Origin: a virus
Taxonomy: Duplodnaviria > Caudoviricetes
Reading direction: 5' to 3' (one strand)
Virus record (IMG/VR): IMGVR_UViG_3300021964_000073
Location: 1-58,464 of that record
DNA: 58,464 bases
Shown here: positions 19,062 to 28,819 of the stretch, in pieces
Numbering within the stretch: position 1 is the stretch's first letter
Layout: each line of letters begins with the position of its first letter
Made by a program: the position numbers and the translations under genes
Notes under the pieces: generated by a model
What the model saw: the letters and a program-made list of their open reading frames with translations, nothing else
What the model was told of the DNA's origin: nothing
Database searches by the model: none

Positions 19062-19336
19062 TTCATTATACCTATTTCATCTATAAGTTGCTGAACAACA
19101 CGCCAGTTTGTATTGTTACTATTAATTTCTTTTAACGCCATTCTAGTTAATGACGTAATATTTGACTTTGGACAGTCATCATGATCTAAAAGCATTTGAA
19201 TATCTGATTGGCCAATTATCGCAACTAGTTTATGTTTATTTTCAGTCATATCTCGCATTGAAGATATCTTATCAACTATTATATGTGATATTTCATGTAT
19301 TAATTTATTTTGAACAATTTCTTCATCTAACGTCAT
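19058..19336 (-). CDS. Hypothetical protein
   Basis: 92-aa ORF, TAATG/ATGA coupled on both sides. Confidence 0.55.
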   Translation of the reverse strand: MTLDEEIVQNKLIHEISHIIVDKISSMRDMTENKHKLVAIIGQSDIQMLLDHDDCPKSNITSLTRMALKEINSNNTNWRVVQQLIDEIGIMK

Positions 19337-19863
19337 TATACTACTGCCCCTTCTTCAGCGCCAGCGTTGGCTGTTGCTTCAGCTTGTTCTACTTCTGGAC
19401 TTGCAATTTCTTGTTGAGTTGCAGGATCAGTTACAGCATTTATCATTTCAGCATAGCCGCCGTATATATCTGCAATTATTTTCTTAGGCATCATAATTTC
19501 TACTACCCATATAGGCATACGATCTAGTTTGCCTTTTTTAGTTCCTGGACGCATATCATCTGGTTTACGAATTTTACGTGGAGTTAGTATAGAATCTTTT
19601 TTATAGGTAACACGACAGTCATAATCTAATAGACGTTTGCCTCCCATTGGATCTGGCATCTTATTTCTTGGCCACATAAAGCCACATGTTATCCAATGTC
19701 GCTCTATCTTTGGACCCATGACTAATTCACCGTCTGCCCAGTTATCGTAAACATATAAGTCAAGCTCGTCTAACACACGCTCATAGTCTTTAAGGACTTG
19801 AAACTGTGTATCGCTTTCGTATATGCTTTCTATGTTTTTTATTACTTCTAAAATATCTTTCAT
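19336..19863 (-). CDS. Hypothetical phage protein
   Basis: 175-aa ORF; TAAATA and SD AGGTG upstream. Confidence 0.7.
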   Translation of the reverse strand: MKDILEVIKNIESIYESDTQFQVLKDYERVLDELDLYVYDNWADGELVMGPKIERHWITCGFMWPRNKMPDPMGGKRLLDYDCRVTYKKDSILTPRKIRKPDDMRPGTKKGKLDRMPIWVVEIMMPKKIIADIYGGYAEMINAVTDPATQQEIASPEVEQAEATANAGAEEGAVV

Positions 19864-19998
19864 TGTATCACCTGAAAACTTTACTATATGTATTTATTCC
19901 AAAACATAAGTTACTATATAATCATTGACACACAAAGGTAAATATCTATACAGGACGCAACGTTCTGTTTGATAGGCTAAATCCAGAAGGAGAACTGA

Positions 19999-20727
19999 AT
20001 GGGTGCAAAGCGGGCTCGCAAGAGCAAAAAAACTAACTTTTACAACAACGTAGTACAAATAAACAATTACCTTCCAGAAAAGAAGGAGAGTGTTAAGATT
20101 ATTCCAAGGAATAAACATCAAGAGGAATACACTTTAAAATTATCCAACCCCAAAAAAGACATTATATTCGGCATCGGACCAGCAGGAACAGGCAAAACCC
20201 TGATTGCTGTGCTGAATGCTATTCAAATGTTTAAAGCAGGTGTAGTGGATAAAATAATTGTTACTAGACCAGCAGTAAGTGTCGATGAAGATTTAGGATT
20301 CTTACCAGGTACGCTAGAACAAAAAATGGCGCCCTGGACAAGACCTATATTTGACGTACTGAGGGAGTACTTTACAAGTCCAGAAATCGAAGGTATGATT
20401 GAAGAAGGAATTATTGAAATTGCTCCTTTAGCATATATGCGTGGACGTACATTTAAAAGTGCTTACATTATAGCAGATGAAATGCAAAATGCAACACCGA
20501 GTCAAATGAAAATGTTGTTAACCAGACTAGGAGAAGGATCCAAGATGGCAGTAACGGGCGACTTAGCTCAAGCTGATAGAATGTCAGATAATGGCTTACT
20601 AGACTTTATAAAACATCTAAGATCAAGTAGTAGTGTGAGTAGATTAGACATAGTTGAATTCTATCACGAAGATATAGAGAGACATCAAGCAGTCAAGGAG
20701 GTTCTTGAAGTATACGGAGACGAATAA
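19999..20727 (+). CDS. phoH: PhoH-family ATPase
   Basis: GPAGTGKT, LGFLPG, LAYMRGRTF, DEMQN, LTRLGEGSK, GDLAQ; SD AAGGAG. Confidence 0.95.
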   Translation: MGAKRARKSKKTNFYNNVVQINNYLPEKKESVKIIPRNKHQEEYTLKLSNPKKDIIFGIGPAGTGKTLIAVLNAIQMFKAGVVDKIIVTRPAVSVDEDLGFLPGTLEQKMAPWTRPIFDVLREYFTSPEIEGMIEEGIIEIAPLAYMRGRTFKSAYIIADEMQNATPSQMKMLLTRLGEGSKMAVTGDLAQADRMSDNGLLDFIKHLRSSSSVSRLDIVEFYHEDIERHQAVKEVLEVYGDE

Positions 20728-20729
20728 AG

Positions 20730-20750
20730 AAAGGGGCTTTATGCCCCTTT
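20730..20750. terminator. Bidirectional intrinsic terminator between convergent phoH and thyX
   Basis: AAAGGGGC-TTTAT-GCCCCTTT hairpin. Confidence 0.65.
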
Positions 20751-21410
20751 CAACTCTTCAACTAATGGAAAAATTTTAGCAATAGCTTTTGCACATTCTA
20801 CTGCTATTTCCATATGCTCTTTTTGTGTGCCATTTGCACTACGTAATTCAATGTAGTGTACCCAACTTCTTATTGTTCCGTTCATGTACAAACGTGTTTT
20901 TGTAAGTCCTTCTGGAAGTACTGCACGAGCTTGTTCTTTTGCTATTCCGTTATTAATAGCCCACTCATATGCTTTACCTGCTGTATACATTACATCTTGT
21001 TGCATTTCTTCCCATTTATCGTTTAGTACAGTATCTTCTGTTTCAATACTATTTTGTCTATTTTTAGTATCTTGTAAACGGGCTTCTCTTACAACAAACA
21101 TATCACCCATTTCACTAGGCTCTGCGTAACGTTGACTAAACTCTTGAAAAGCAAAACTACGGTGACGTACAATTTGATGTGCAATATCACGTGTAGTTTC
21201 AATTTCTAATGTAGCATTAGCCATTTCTAAAGGTGACCAGTGTTGATGCTTGATTAGATACTTAATTAAACGTTCACTTGTTTCTTTATTAATCTGCGCC
21301 GCTGGATTTGAAACTTTAGCACAAAACGCAATTAAGTCCTGTACGTTTTCTAATCCTTCATTGATAAATTCTTGGGTAGGTTGCGAGTAGCTTACTAGTT
21401 TTACATTCAT
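20739..21410 (-). CDS. thyX: Flavin-dependent thymidylate synthase
   Basis: RHR-x7-S signature (RHRSFAFQEFSQRY), HWSPLE, KEQARAVLP, QKEH; start MNVKLV by TAATG coupling. Confidence 0.96.
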   Translation of the reverse strand: MNVKLVSYSQPTQEFINEGLENVQDLIAFCAKVSNPAAQINKETSERLIKYLIKHQHWSPLEMANATLEIETTRDIAHQIVRHRSFAFQEFSQRYAEPSEMGDMFVVREARLQDTKNRQNSIETEDTVLNDKWEEMQQDVMYTAGKAYEWAINNGIAKEQARAVLPEGLTKTRLYMNGTIRSWVHYIELRSANGTQKEHMEIAVECAKAIAKIFPLVEELKGA

Positions 21411-22906
21411 TAATTTTTCCATTCTAATAATGTTGGGTCCATACTCATATTCAGATATAAACCGTAGTTGTCAATTGCTTCTTTATGTGTTACTGTTCCG
21501 TTCTTTGTTTGGCTTTCATCCATTTGTGATTTCCAATCTTTAAGAACTTCTAATGCAGTTTCGTCAGATATGTTAGATGTTGCACCTATTTCTTTTTCAG
21601 TTTGTAATAACCAACATAGCCAATTACTACCTCCGAAGAAGTGCCCTTTACCGTCATTAGGTAAACGTTTACCTTCTTTGATTAGTCTACGATACCATAA
21701 TAGTGTTTCACTAGGAATATAAGTTTCTTTTACAAAATTCCAAAATGGTGTATCAAAATCACTTCTTGCATAATGCATGTTTATGAAGTCAATAGTATCT
21801 TCATATATACTTGTCATAATTGAATTGTACATATCAATATCAGCTTGTGTAAAATATTGCTGTCTAATACGTGCGGCTAATGTATAAATTGCTCCTGTAA
21901 TAGTAGCAAGACCTGTACTTTCAAGTGGTTCAATAAATCCTCCACTAAGTCCAATAGCACAAACATTTTTATCCCAAGGGTTAGTATTATAATAAGGCGT
22001 CCAGTCGATAACTTTTAATTGTTCTGGTGTAATTCTATTATTCCAATATTCACAAAAACGTTTCTTTGCTTCTTCCGGACTTGTTATACTTCTATTAAAA
22101 ACTAGTCCACTACCAATGCGTGTTTGTACAGGAATATTCCAAACCCAACCGCAATCAACTGCTTCACTAACAACATAAGGATGTTTTTCTCTAAGTTCAT
22201 TTTCGTAAGGCACATGACCTGCTACTGCTGTATCACAAAACAGTCTACCTTTTAAGTCGACTCTATCTGCGTTATTTTGTAGCAGTTGTTTGAATCCAGT
22301 ACAATCTACAAAAAAGTCACCTTTTACATTTTGTCCATCTAATAAATCAATACTAGTAATAAAACCTTCGTCGTCTCTATTGATGTTTGTCATTTCACTT
22401 TTAATTACTGTTACATGATCTTTCAATTGATCTTGCAACCATTGTACTAGTTTACTAGCATCAATATGACTGGCATAAAAATTTAAATTTTCTGTGTCAA
22501 CTTTATTATCCTGACTTAGGCGCCAAAATGCTCCTAACTCTGTAAAGTCAAAATCCTTTTGGTGATGAGTCCAGGCTTCAAAAACACTAGTTTCTTTTTC
22601 AGGATATTCTCTATTAAGGAAAAAAGGATGCCATACTAAATTGTCATCTTTGCCCCAATTTGGAAAAAGTATACCACTTTTATATGTACTGTCAATTAAA
22701 TCAAACCAACTGTCTGTAGGGAATCCACAGCGTTTTAAAAAGGTATCAAAATGCAACAAAGTGCCTTCACCTACGCCAACACTAGCACCAACTTCTTTAT
22801 CAACTAGAGTAACATGCATATCTAAATTACGTGCTATAAAAGCCGCAGTAAACCATGCACTTGTGCCACCGCCTACAATTACTACACTATTAACTTCTTT
22901 AAACAT
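21410..22906 (-). CDS. Tryptophan halogenase-family flavoprotein
   Basis: GGGTSAW, VGVGEGT, TYKSGI, WVWNIP, FIEPLESTG; start MFKEVN by TAATG coupling. Confidence 0.9.
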   Translation of the reverse strand: MFKEVNSVVIVGGGTSAWFTAAFIARNLDMHVTLVDKEVGASVGVGEGTLLHFDTFLKRCGFPTDSWFDLIDSTYKSGILFPNWGKDDNLVWHPFFLNREYPEKETSVFEAWTHHQKDFDFTELGAFWRLSQDNKVDTENLNFYASHIDASKLVQWLQDQLKDHVTVIKSEMTNINRDDEGFITSIDLLDGQNVKGDFFVDCTGFKQLLQNNADRVDLKGRLFCDTAVAGHVPYENELREKHPYVVSEAVDCGWVWNIPVQTRIGSGLVFNRSITSPEEAKKRFCEYWNNRITPEQLKVIDWTPYYNTNPWDKNVCAIGLSGGFIEPLESTGLATITGAIYTLAARIRQQYFTQADIDMYNSIMTSIYEDTIDFINMHYARSDFDTPFWNFVKETYIPSETLLWYRRLIKEGKRLPNDGKGHFFGGSNWLCWLLQTEKEIGATSNISDETALEVLKDWKSQMDESQTKNGTVTHKEAIDNYGLYLNMSMDPTLLEWKN

Positions 22907-23229
22907 TAACCTGTCCTTACAATTATATGTACACCGAACGGTGTAATGCATGGAGGAGCAAGCGTATCTATACCTGAAATTTTAACAGCATTACTAAAAT
23001 CTGGATGCATTTGTTCTTCTTCAAACCAACCCAAGTCTCCATAAGATCTTTTTCCACTAGGACACGCACTATTTTTAGCCGCGGCATCGTTCCAAGTAGT
23101 CTTGCCTGTTTCAATATCTCTTATAATATTTGCCGCATCTTGCATAGCTACACCGAGCGGTCTATTATGTGTACTCATCTCTGCTTTGTCATAACTTAAT
23201 AAAATATGTTTTGCTTTAAGCTTCATCAT
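22906..23229 (-). CDS. Parvulin-type peptidyl-prolyl isomerase
   Basis: AKHIL, SACPS, GDLGWF, TPFGVHII. Confidence 0.92.
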   Translation of the reverse strand: MMKLKAKHILLSYDKAEMSTHNRPLGVAMQDAANIIRDIETGKTTWNDAAAKNSACPSGKRSYGDLGWFEEEQMHPDFSNAVKISGIDTLAPPCITPFGVHIIVRTG

Positions 23230-23860
23230 TTCTCCCTAGTATTGGATGATTAAATACAGTTAAATTCATTGCAACTGTACAACGTAATTTATCTGATTTT
23301 TGTTCTTTAAAGTAATGATTCAGATACGGAGGAAACCAAATAATGTCTCCTTCTTCTACTTTTATAGCAGTATCTAAGTCGTCACAATATTGTGGAACAT
23401 TTTGTTTTTCGTTAGTAGGCCATAAACTACGAATCATAGCGGCCTGTGGATTTTGAAAATTTGTACTTTCATGTTCTTCATTATCAAATACTGCATAATG
23501 AATACCGCTCCACTGTACTTGTAATGGGCCACCTACATGATCATGTACGTGTTGCCATCCGCCTTTACGACTAAAATTATACCAACTGTCTAAATTAACA
23601 TGCCAATTTACATCTGAACTAAATTTCATATCAGATAATAATTCCATTATATTATCTTCGTATAATGGATTAATAAATTTTTGATCTAGTGCATTTTCTT
23701 TATTGTCGTAATCAGTATAAACGTCAGTACCAATAAGATTACTTTTTGCTTTTTCCTCACCAGGATAGATATCATCTAGCAAATATTTTTTAATTTGTTC
23801 TTGATTTTTACATTTCTGTCTTATAATAGGAACTTGAAACAATCCATATACTTCGCCCAT
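23216..23860 (-). CDS. Putative 2OG-Fe(II) oxygenase
   Basis: QHVHDH...WSGIHY...EGDIIWFPPYLNH...RCTVAMN. Confidence 0.8.
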   Translation of the reverse strand: MGEVYGLFQVPIIRQKCKNQEQIKKYLLDDIYPGEEKAKSNLIGTDVYTDYDNKENALDQKFINPLYEDNIMELLSDMKFSSDVNWHVNLDSWYNFSRKGGWQHVHDHVGGPLQVQWSGIHYAVFDNEEHESTNFQNPQAAMIRSLWPTNEKQNVPQYCDDLDTAIKVEEGDIIWFPPYLNHYFKEQKSDKLRCTVAMNLTVFNHPILGRNDEA

Positions 23861-24213
23861 TAATCACCACCACCTGGTTTTTCACTGAAGTGGTCTCTTA
23901 ATTTATTAGGAACACCATTCCATTCTTCTGCATCTTTAGGTACATCTTCAGGGCGTACTTGGCTTATTACTGGCCATTCATTTGAATATTTAAAATTTAA
24001 TAATTCCCATTGTTCGCGTTCACCGTCAGGCAACATACTATCTTGTACAATAGCATCTGCTGGACATTCGGGTTCACATACTCCGCAATCAATACATTCG
24101 TCTGGATTAATTACAAGCATGTTTTCACCTTCATAAAAACAATCCACAGGACATACTTCTACACAATCCATATGCTTACATTTAATACAGTTTTCTGTAA
24201 CTAGATAAGACAT
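23860..24213 (-). CDS. fdxA: 7Fe/8Fe ferredoxin, FdxA type
   Basis: [17 protein letters not shown] and [12 protein letters not shown]; C-terminal FSEKPG.GD extension as in alphaproteobacterial FdxA. Confidence 0.93.
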   Translation of the reverse strand: MSYLVTENCIKCKHMDCVEVCPVDCFYEGENMLVINPDECIDCGVCEPECPADAIVQDSMLPDGEREQWELLNFKYSNEWPVISQVRPEDVPKDAEEWNGVPNKLRDHFSEKPGGGD

Positions 24214-25127
24214 TATAACCTCGCTAATCTAATTAGCGTTGCCGCCAAATTAATTTCAGGATCTACAACTAATGTATGATCCACCATTCCTTGTTTAATA
24301 GTTAGTACGGCTGTATCCTGTTTTTCTTCATCGCCGAACAACTCAATGTTGTCATACAGCCAACGATAAATCTCTTCCATTTCTTCTGGACGAACTGCTC
24401 CGCATAATAGTTTACGTGCTTCTTGAATCTTACCTGCTTTAAATAATTCAACCATATCAAGTTTCCAGTCAGCTTCGCCTGTGTCGCCTTCATGTGGTTT
24501 AAGTAAACTACCATCTTGACAGTTCATTTGTACTGTGTTAATACACTTACGCAAGTCTGGGTACGTTGCTTTTACATATGTATCAAGTGTATCTAAGTCT
24601 GGAGTGATGCCTTCTGTAATAAGAATCTCTGCAACTCTTGCTGTAAATTCTGTTTGATCTATTTTAGCAATGTGAAACCCTTGACAACGACTGTGCAAAG
24701 CAGGAATAATACGGTTGGGGTAATTACAAGTAAGAATAAACCTTGAAGTGGTGTGATATTCTTCCATAACTCCACGTAACGCCGCTTGAGCATTCGGACT
24801 AAGATAATCAGCTTCATCAAGTAATACAACTTTAAAATCTCCAAAAGGTATCATCTGTACAAAGTTAACAATCTTATCTCTAACATCATCAACACTATTT
24901 GTACGACTTGCGTTAATTTCTAAAATGTCTAAGTCTTGTATATCAAGTTCATTAAACAATAGTTTTGCAAGTGTAGTCTTACCAATACCTGCATTACCAC
25001 TAAACAGTAAATGCGGAATAGTTTTATCTTTGATCCAAGTCTTTACTTGGTTGCGTTGTGCATCATCACGAAATACATATCCGTCTACCGTCTTAGGACG
25101 ATACTTTTCTACCCATAACTCTTTCAT
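24213..25127 (-). CDS. Sliding-clamp loader ATPase subunit (RFC/gp44-like)
   Basis: [30 protein letters not shown]. Confidence 0.95.
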   Translation of the reverse strand: MKELWVEKYRPKTVDGYVFRDDAQRNQVKTWIKDKTIPHLLFSGNAGIGKTTLAKLLFNELDIQDLDILEINASRTNSVDDVRDKIVNFVQMIPFGDFKVVLLDEADYLSPNAQAALRGVMEEYHTTSRFILTCNYPNRIIPALHSRCQGFHIAKIDQTEFTARVAEILITEGITPDLDTLDTYVKATYPDLRKCINTVQMNCQDGSLLKPHEGDTGEADWKLDMVELFKAGKIQEARKLLCGAVRPEEMEEIYRWLYDNIELFGDEEKQDTAVLTIKQGMVDHTLVVDPEINLAATLIRLARL

Positions 25128-25243
25128 CTTTTGCCTTTTCTACTTTAAATGATTTTTCATAACCTTTTGCTGACTTTTTTGCTTTTAGATATTTAAAGTC
25201 TTTTTCGTCAACAACGGTCCCATCTGGACTCATATAGTATTGT

Positions 25244-25783
25244 TTATCTGCCATTAGTTACTCCTAAGTGTTTGTATGATTGTTGTACACACTTAGCCTG
25301 ATAAAAACAATCAGCTAGTGCGTTATGTAGTTCTTCTTGTATTGCTTTTCGTGGATCACTCGGCATCATAGCAAACAGTGTACGACTGTCTCTAATCTGC
25401 CAATAATTCCACGGAGTAGGCTTTTGTATATTTTTATAAAAGTCCTGCAATATAACAAAGTCGAATGTTGGACCTTGACACCAAATATAGTCTAGTCCTA
25501 CACACCATTTATTAAGTTGTTTGGCTAGACTATCACATGTTACACGCTCATGATCTCCAAACGCTTCGTCTTGTATTGATTGGCTTTGCTTACCCCACCA
25601 TGCTAACGTATTCTCGTCAATAGTTCTATTATAAACTTCTGACTGTTCTTCTACATCAGCTCTTAGGTATAAAGGTGTATGCGGTTCAGAATCACTAAAA
25701 GGATCAAACTTGATAGCACCAAGTGTCATAATAACACTATCAGGTTCAACACCTAGTGTTTCTAAGTCAATCATCCCGTGCAT
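25244..25783 (-). CDS. DEDDh 3'-5' exonuclease
   Basis: MIDLETL, FDFVIL, RDSRT, HNALAD. Confidence 0.88.
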   Translation of the reverse strand: MHGMIDLETLGVEPDSVIMTLGAIKFDPFSDSEPHTPLYLRADVEEQSEVYNRTIDENTLAWWGKQSQSIQDEAFGDHERVTCDSLAKQLNKWCVGLDYIWCQGPTFDFVILQDFYKNIQKPTPWNYWQIRDSRTLFAMMPSDPRKAIQEELHNALADCFYQAKCVQQSYKHLGVTNGR

Positions 25784-25947
25784 TATGGTTGCCTCTTATT
25801 CTCTTGTCCGATACCCATTAATATGAGTAATACATAAAGTATAGGCCACGCCCATCCTGTTAGTTCATTTGTGATATGAAGGTACATTAGAACAACGCCT
25901 GTTAGACCGGCTGTTCCTAAACCTGTTAATTGTGTTGGTAATTTCAT
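25783..25947 (-). CDS. 54-aa 2-TM membrane protein, not in ORF track
   Basis: Hand translation MKLPTQLTGLGTAGLTGVVLMYLHITNELTGWAWPILYVLLILMGIGQENKRQP; SD AAGGAG; TAATG coupling. Confidence 0.7.
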   Translation of the reverse strand: MKLPTQLTGLGTAGLTGVVLMYLHITNELTGWAWPILYVLLILMGIGQENKRQP

Positions 25948-25971
25948 AAAAACTCCTTATACATATATCAT

Positions 25972-26000
25972 ATTATACGATAAAATGTATAAGAAGTCAA
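25972..26000 (-). promoter_or_regulatory. sigma70-type early promoter
   Basis: TTGACT-17 nt-TATAAT. Confidence 0.8.
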
Positions 26001-26176
26001 GTACTATTTGCTCTAAATCTTTCGTAGGCTTTCCAAAGTTCCCATGTTACATACAGAATAGTGGCTGATACAAAGCCACCTCCCATTAATGTTACTAATA
26101 TTAATACTTGGAATACTTTGGCGAATATTGCTACAACTAAGAAGTCATACCATTCAAAGTCATTAAAGATCTCCAT
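25997..26176 (-). CDS. Small membrane protein
   Basis: Probable start MEIFNDF; hydrophobic core. Confidence 0.5.
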   Translation of the reverse strand: MEIFNDFEWYDFLVVAIFAKVFQVLILVTLMGGGFVSATILYVTWELWKAYERFRANST

Positions 26177-26582
26177 CTTTTCTATTCTCTGAATAGTGTA
26201 CATCAAACTCGCCACCTGGGTAACGTGCTTTTAGTTTGTTTACGTTTTCTTCGATTACTTCGTTAGGGTCCAAACTAAGGCTCCGGCAAGCAGTAATCCA
26301 ATACCACATAATATCGCCAAGTTCTCGTTTACAATGAAATATAGTTTCATCGTCCATAGGTTTACCTTGGAAGATACATTTTTTAACAATTTCTGCAAAT
26401 TCGCCTCCTTCACTGGCAATGCCAATTGCGCCTGTCATCAATGACGCCGCATTTACTTTCATTTTACTTTCAACAGTTTCAATATCAATCATACGATTAT
26501 ACATCTGCATACTTGACATTGATTCGTTGCTAGTTACTTCTTTTACAAAGTCTTTGTATTTGTTTAAATCTACGTTACTCAA
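26163..26582 (-). CDS. mazG: MazG-like NTP pyrophosphohydrolase
   Basis: EGGEFAEIVKK, ELGDIMWY, NVNKLKARYP. Confidence 0.9.
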   Translation of the reverse strand: MSNVDLNKYKDFVKEVTSNESMSSMQMYNRMIDIETVESKMKVNAASLMTGAIGIASEGGEFAEIVKKCIFQGKPMDDETIFHCKRELGDIMWYWITACRSLSLDPNEVIEENVNKLKARYPGGEFDVHYSENRKDGDL

Positions 26583-26593
26583 TTTTACCTCTA

Positions 26594-26989
26594 TTAATTT
26601 GCGCCAAAGTCTTCTGGACGTATGTCTGCTGGGCCATCTGAATATGTAATGCCCATGTTCACGTCTTCTGGTTTAGTATCAGATACAGCAAGCACTGATT
26701 CTTTTTCAACCATACGCAACGTAAGATCTCCGTCATCTGAATCCATATCTAAACCACGTGTCCAACGACCGTGTTCAATTAGAATCCAATCACCTACTTT
26801 ATAGTCGTCTTTGTTACGAGGACCTATAGAGTAGACTCTACCCCAACGTGGGTAAATGCCTCGAGTTTGGCCATTATCGTCTCCGATAATAAGTCCACTC
26901 TTTGTTTTTTGTTCTCCGAAGTGCATATCACTTACAAGCACTCGATCACCTATTGCCTTAAGTGTGCCTTTAAATTTATTAATAGCCAT
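26594..26989 (-). CDS. GroES-like co-chaperonin
   Basis: LKAIGDRVLV, KTKSGLII, V.SIGP, KVGDWIL. Confidence 0.85.
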   Translation of the reverse strand: MAINKFKGTLKAIGDRVLVSDMHFGEQKTKSGLIIGDDNGQTRGIYPRWGRVYSIGPRNKDDYKVGDWILIEHGRWTRGLDMDSDDGDLTLRMVEKESVLAVSDTKPEDVNMGITYSDGPADIRPEDFGAN

Positions 26990-27390
26990 TAGTCACCTTT
27001 TTTCACAAAATTGCCGTCTGCGTCTTCAACCCATTCGTCTTCAACTTTAGCTTCTGCTTTAGTTTGTCCGGCTTTACGAGCTGGTGCTTTTTTTGTTGGA
27101 GCATCGTCAACCATTTCACTTACTGGTTCTGGTGCTTCAGCTTCTTGTTCTTTTGCTTTTACTGGTGCATCATCTGGTACAGGCATTGGATTATCTTCAT
27201 AGAAACTTTGTAAAACATCTTCACGTTTCTTAATAATCTTACCACCTGGTCCTAATTCGTCACCACGTGCATTTACTCTTGCGTTACCTACTGCTTGAGT
27301 AAGTTCGTTACGCTGACGTAATAAGTCCATATCTACTGCTTTACCTTGCATAGTTTTGTACTGTTTACGTCCTGTTTGTTTTAGAGCCAT
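26989..27390 (-). CDS. Hypothetical phage protein
   Basis: AVGNARVNARGDELGPGGKI; SD AGGAG. Confidence 0.7.
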   Translation of the reverse strand: MALKQTGRKQYKTMQGKAVDMDLLRQRNELTQAVGNARVNARGDELGPGGKIIKKREDVLQSFYEDNPMPVPDDAPVKAKEQEAEAPEPVSEMVDDAPTKKAPARKAGQTKAEAKVEDEWVEDADGNFVKKGD

Positions 27391-27418
27391 ATTTTTTCTC
27401 CTTTAGTTATAATACTAC

Positions 27419-27973
27419 TTATCTCAAGAACTCATGCCAGTCCAGGCCATATTGGATTGAGTCTATTTTGTGTACTCCTATTAAATATAGCACATATGAT
27501 GCTACACTTGATCCACGTCCTACACCCCATACAATATCATTCTCACGCATAAAGTCTACAAGATAGATCATATACTGTAATAATGGATACATACCACGCT
27601 TTTCAAATTCGATAAGTTCTTCGGTTACTCTAATCCATTCATACGTATGTGTTTCTTTAACATCATCTGTTTGATATTTTTCCATTAATTTTTCTTCAAG
27701 CCATTTATTAGGATTAATAGCCTTGTATGCATCGGGCATAAACCATTCACTTTGACATACACCGTCAAAAGTCTTTTGATCTACATCTAATGGAATATAC
27801 TTTTGTAGTTTGCTAAGGCCTTGTTCTTCCATAGCCTCATTAAACTTGTCTACATCATCGTTGGCATCACATAATACCACATGGACTTTATCTGCATGAC
27901 CACTATAGATCATATCGATTAAGTCTTTGTTTGTAAATCGCGGAATCCCGAGAGAGTCTGTTTTCATAATCAT
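27419..27973 (-). CDS. Stand-alone fragment of DNA polymerase III alpha (DnaE) palm region
   Basis: RVTEEL...YLVDFMRENDIVWGVGRGSSVASYVLYLIGVHKID...FLR; no PHP domain and no PDID motif. Confidence 0.85.
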   Translation of the reverse strand: MIMKTDSLGIPRFTNKDLIDMIYSGHADKVHVVLCDANDDVDKFNEAMEEQGLSKLQKYIPLDVDQKTFDGVCQSEWFMPDAYKAINPNKWLEEKLMEKYQTDDVKETHTYEWIRVTEELIEFEKRGMYPLLQYMIYLVDFMRENDIVWGVGRGSSVASYVLYLIGVHKIDSIQYGLDWHEFLR

Positions 27974-27979
27974 ACTTGT

Positions 27980-28008
27980 ATTTTAACTGATATTAATCAG
28001 ATTGTCAA
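27980..28008 (-). promoter_or_regulatory. sigma70-type promoter (apparently leaderless transcript of the dnaE fragment)
   Basis: TTGACA-17 nt-TAAAAT, 6 nt before the ATG at 27973. Confidence 0.65.
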
Positions 28009-28213
28009 GATCTTTATTGTCATTATCTTGATTTAATTTTTGTTTTGCTAGTTTTACCTGCAATTCAGTCTTATATATGTCAAGAAATGTAGCAATTTGA
28101 TCTCTAACTTGTGGATTTGCAGTCGAGTGGTATTTTCTAGACAATTCCAAAATCTTTTGTTCAACTTGTGGTATTGTTAAATCTTCTAGTTCAGGCTGAA
28201 ATGGATGAAACAT
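27983..28213 (-). CDS. Hypothetical coiled-coil protein
   Basis: 76-aa ORF MFHPF..., TAATG coupled. Confidence 0.65.
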   Translation of the reverse strand: MFHPFQPELEDLTIPQVEQKILELSRKYHSTANPQVRDQIATFLDIYKTELQVKLAKQKLNQDNDNKDLDNLINIS

Positions 28214-28788
28214 TATGCTGGCGCCGTGAACGTACCTTTGTATTCTGCAAATATAGTAGTGCCACCATCAATTGTCATGAAGTTGATAATAGTATAATCT
28301 GCATCACTACCAATTACAGTTGTATTATTTGATGTAGGCCAGTTTGTATCAACTTTAATACTACCGCCAGATTCAACTGCCCATGTAACTGTTCGATTTG
28401 ATCCGTCATTCAATAGCATTACGGTTAGTTTACCTACTTTTGCCGCCGCTGGCCAATCAGACAATGTAAGTGTTAGGTCTGCACCGATGGAGAATGTTTG
28501 AATATTTCCGTTTGCAAAACTTACGTTTTGTCCCGAGTTAATTGTACCACCTGGATATAATGTTTCAGTGTTAGCAATTAAGTCAGCACCTGTAATTTGA
28601 TTACCAAAGAAATTGTTGTTTGCATTTGTTTTAGCAGTATTGTCTTGTAATGATTCTATTTCAGCTTTTGCACTTACAAAGTTATTTTTAACAGTTGCAA
28701 AGTTATCTCTAAAACCTTGTGAATCGTTATCAACTCCTGCTACAGGATAAGATTCGTTTATGTTAGTTGTGTTTATATTACTGGCCAT
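28213..28788 (-). CDS. Virion structural protein (baseplate/fibre)
   Basis: GVDNDSQGFRDNF...NNF N-terminus; beta-rich C-terminus; TAAATA upstream. Confidence 0.7.
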   Translation of the reverse strand: MASNINTTNINESYPVAGVDNDSQGFRDNFATVKNNFVSAKAEIESLQDNTAKTNANNNFFGNQITGADLIANTETLYPGGTINSGQNVSFANGNIQTFSIGADLTLTLSDWPAAAKVGKLTVMLLNDGSNRTVTWAVESGGSIKVDTNWPTSNNTTVIGSDADYTIINFMTIDGGTTIFAEYKGTFTAPA

Positions 28789-28819
28789 ATTATTTGTTCT
28801 CCATTAGTATTTATCGCAG

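Noticed and set aside
19925-19953. sigma70 promoter for phoH
   Set aside because: TTGACA is present but there is no good -10 at 17 nt; the nearby TAAATA late-type motif is a better candidate.
25093-25233. 46-aa Lys-rich ORF upstream of the clamp loader
   Set aside because: Short, no SD or motif, and overlaps the clamp-loader start; cannot be supported.
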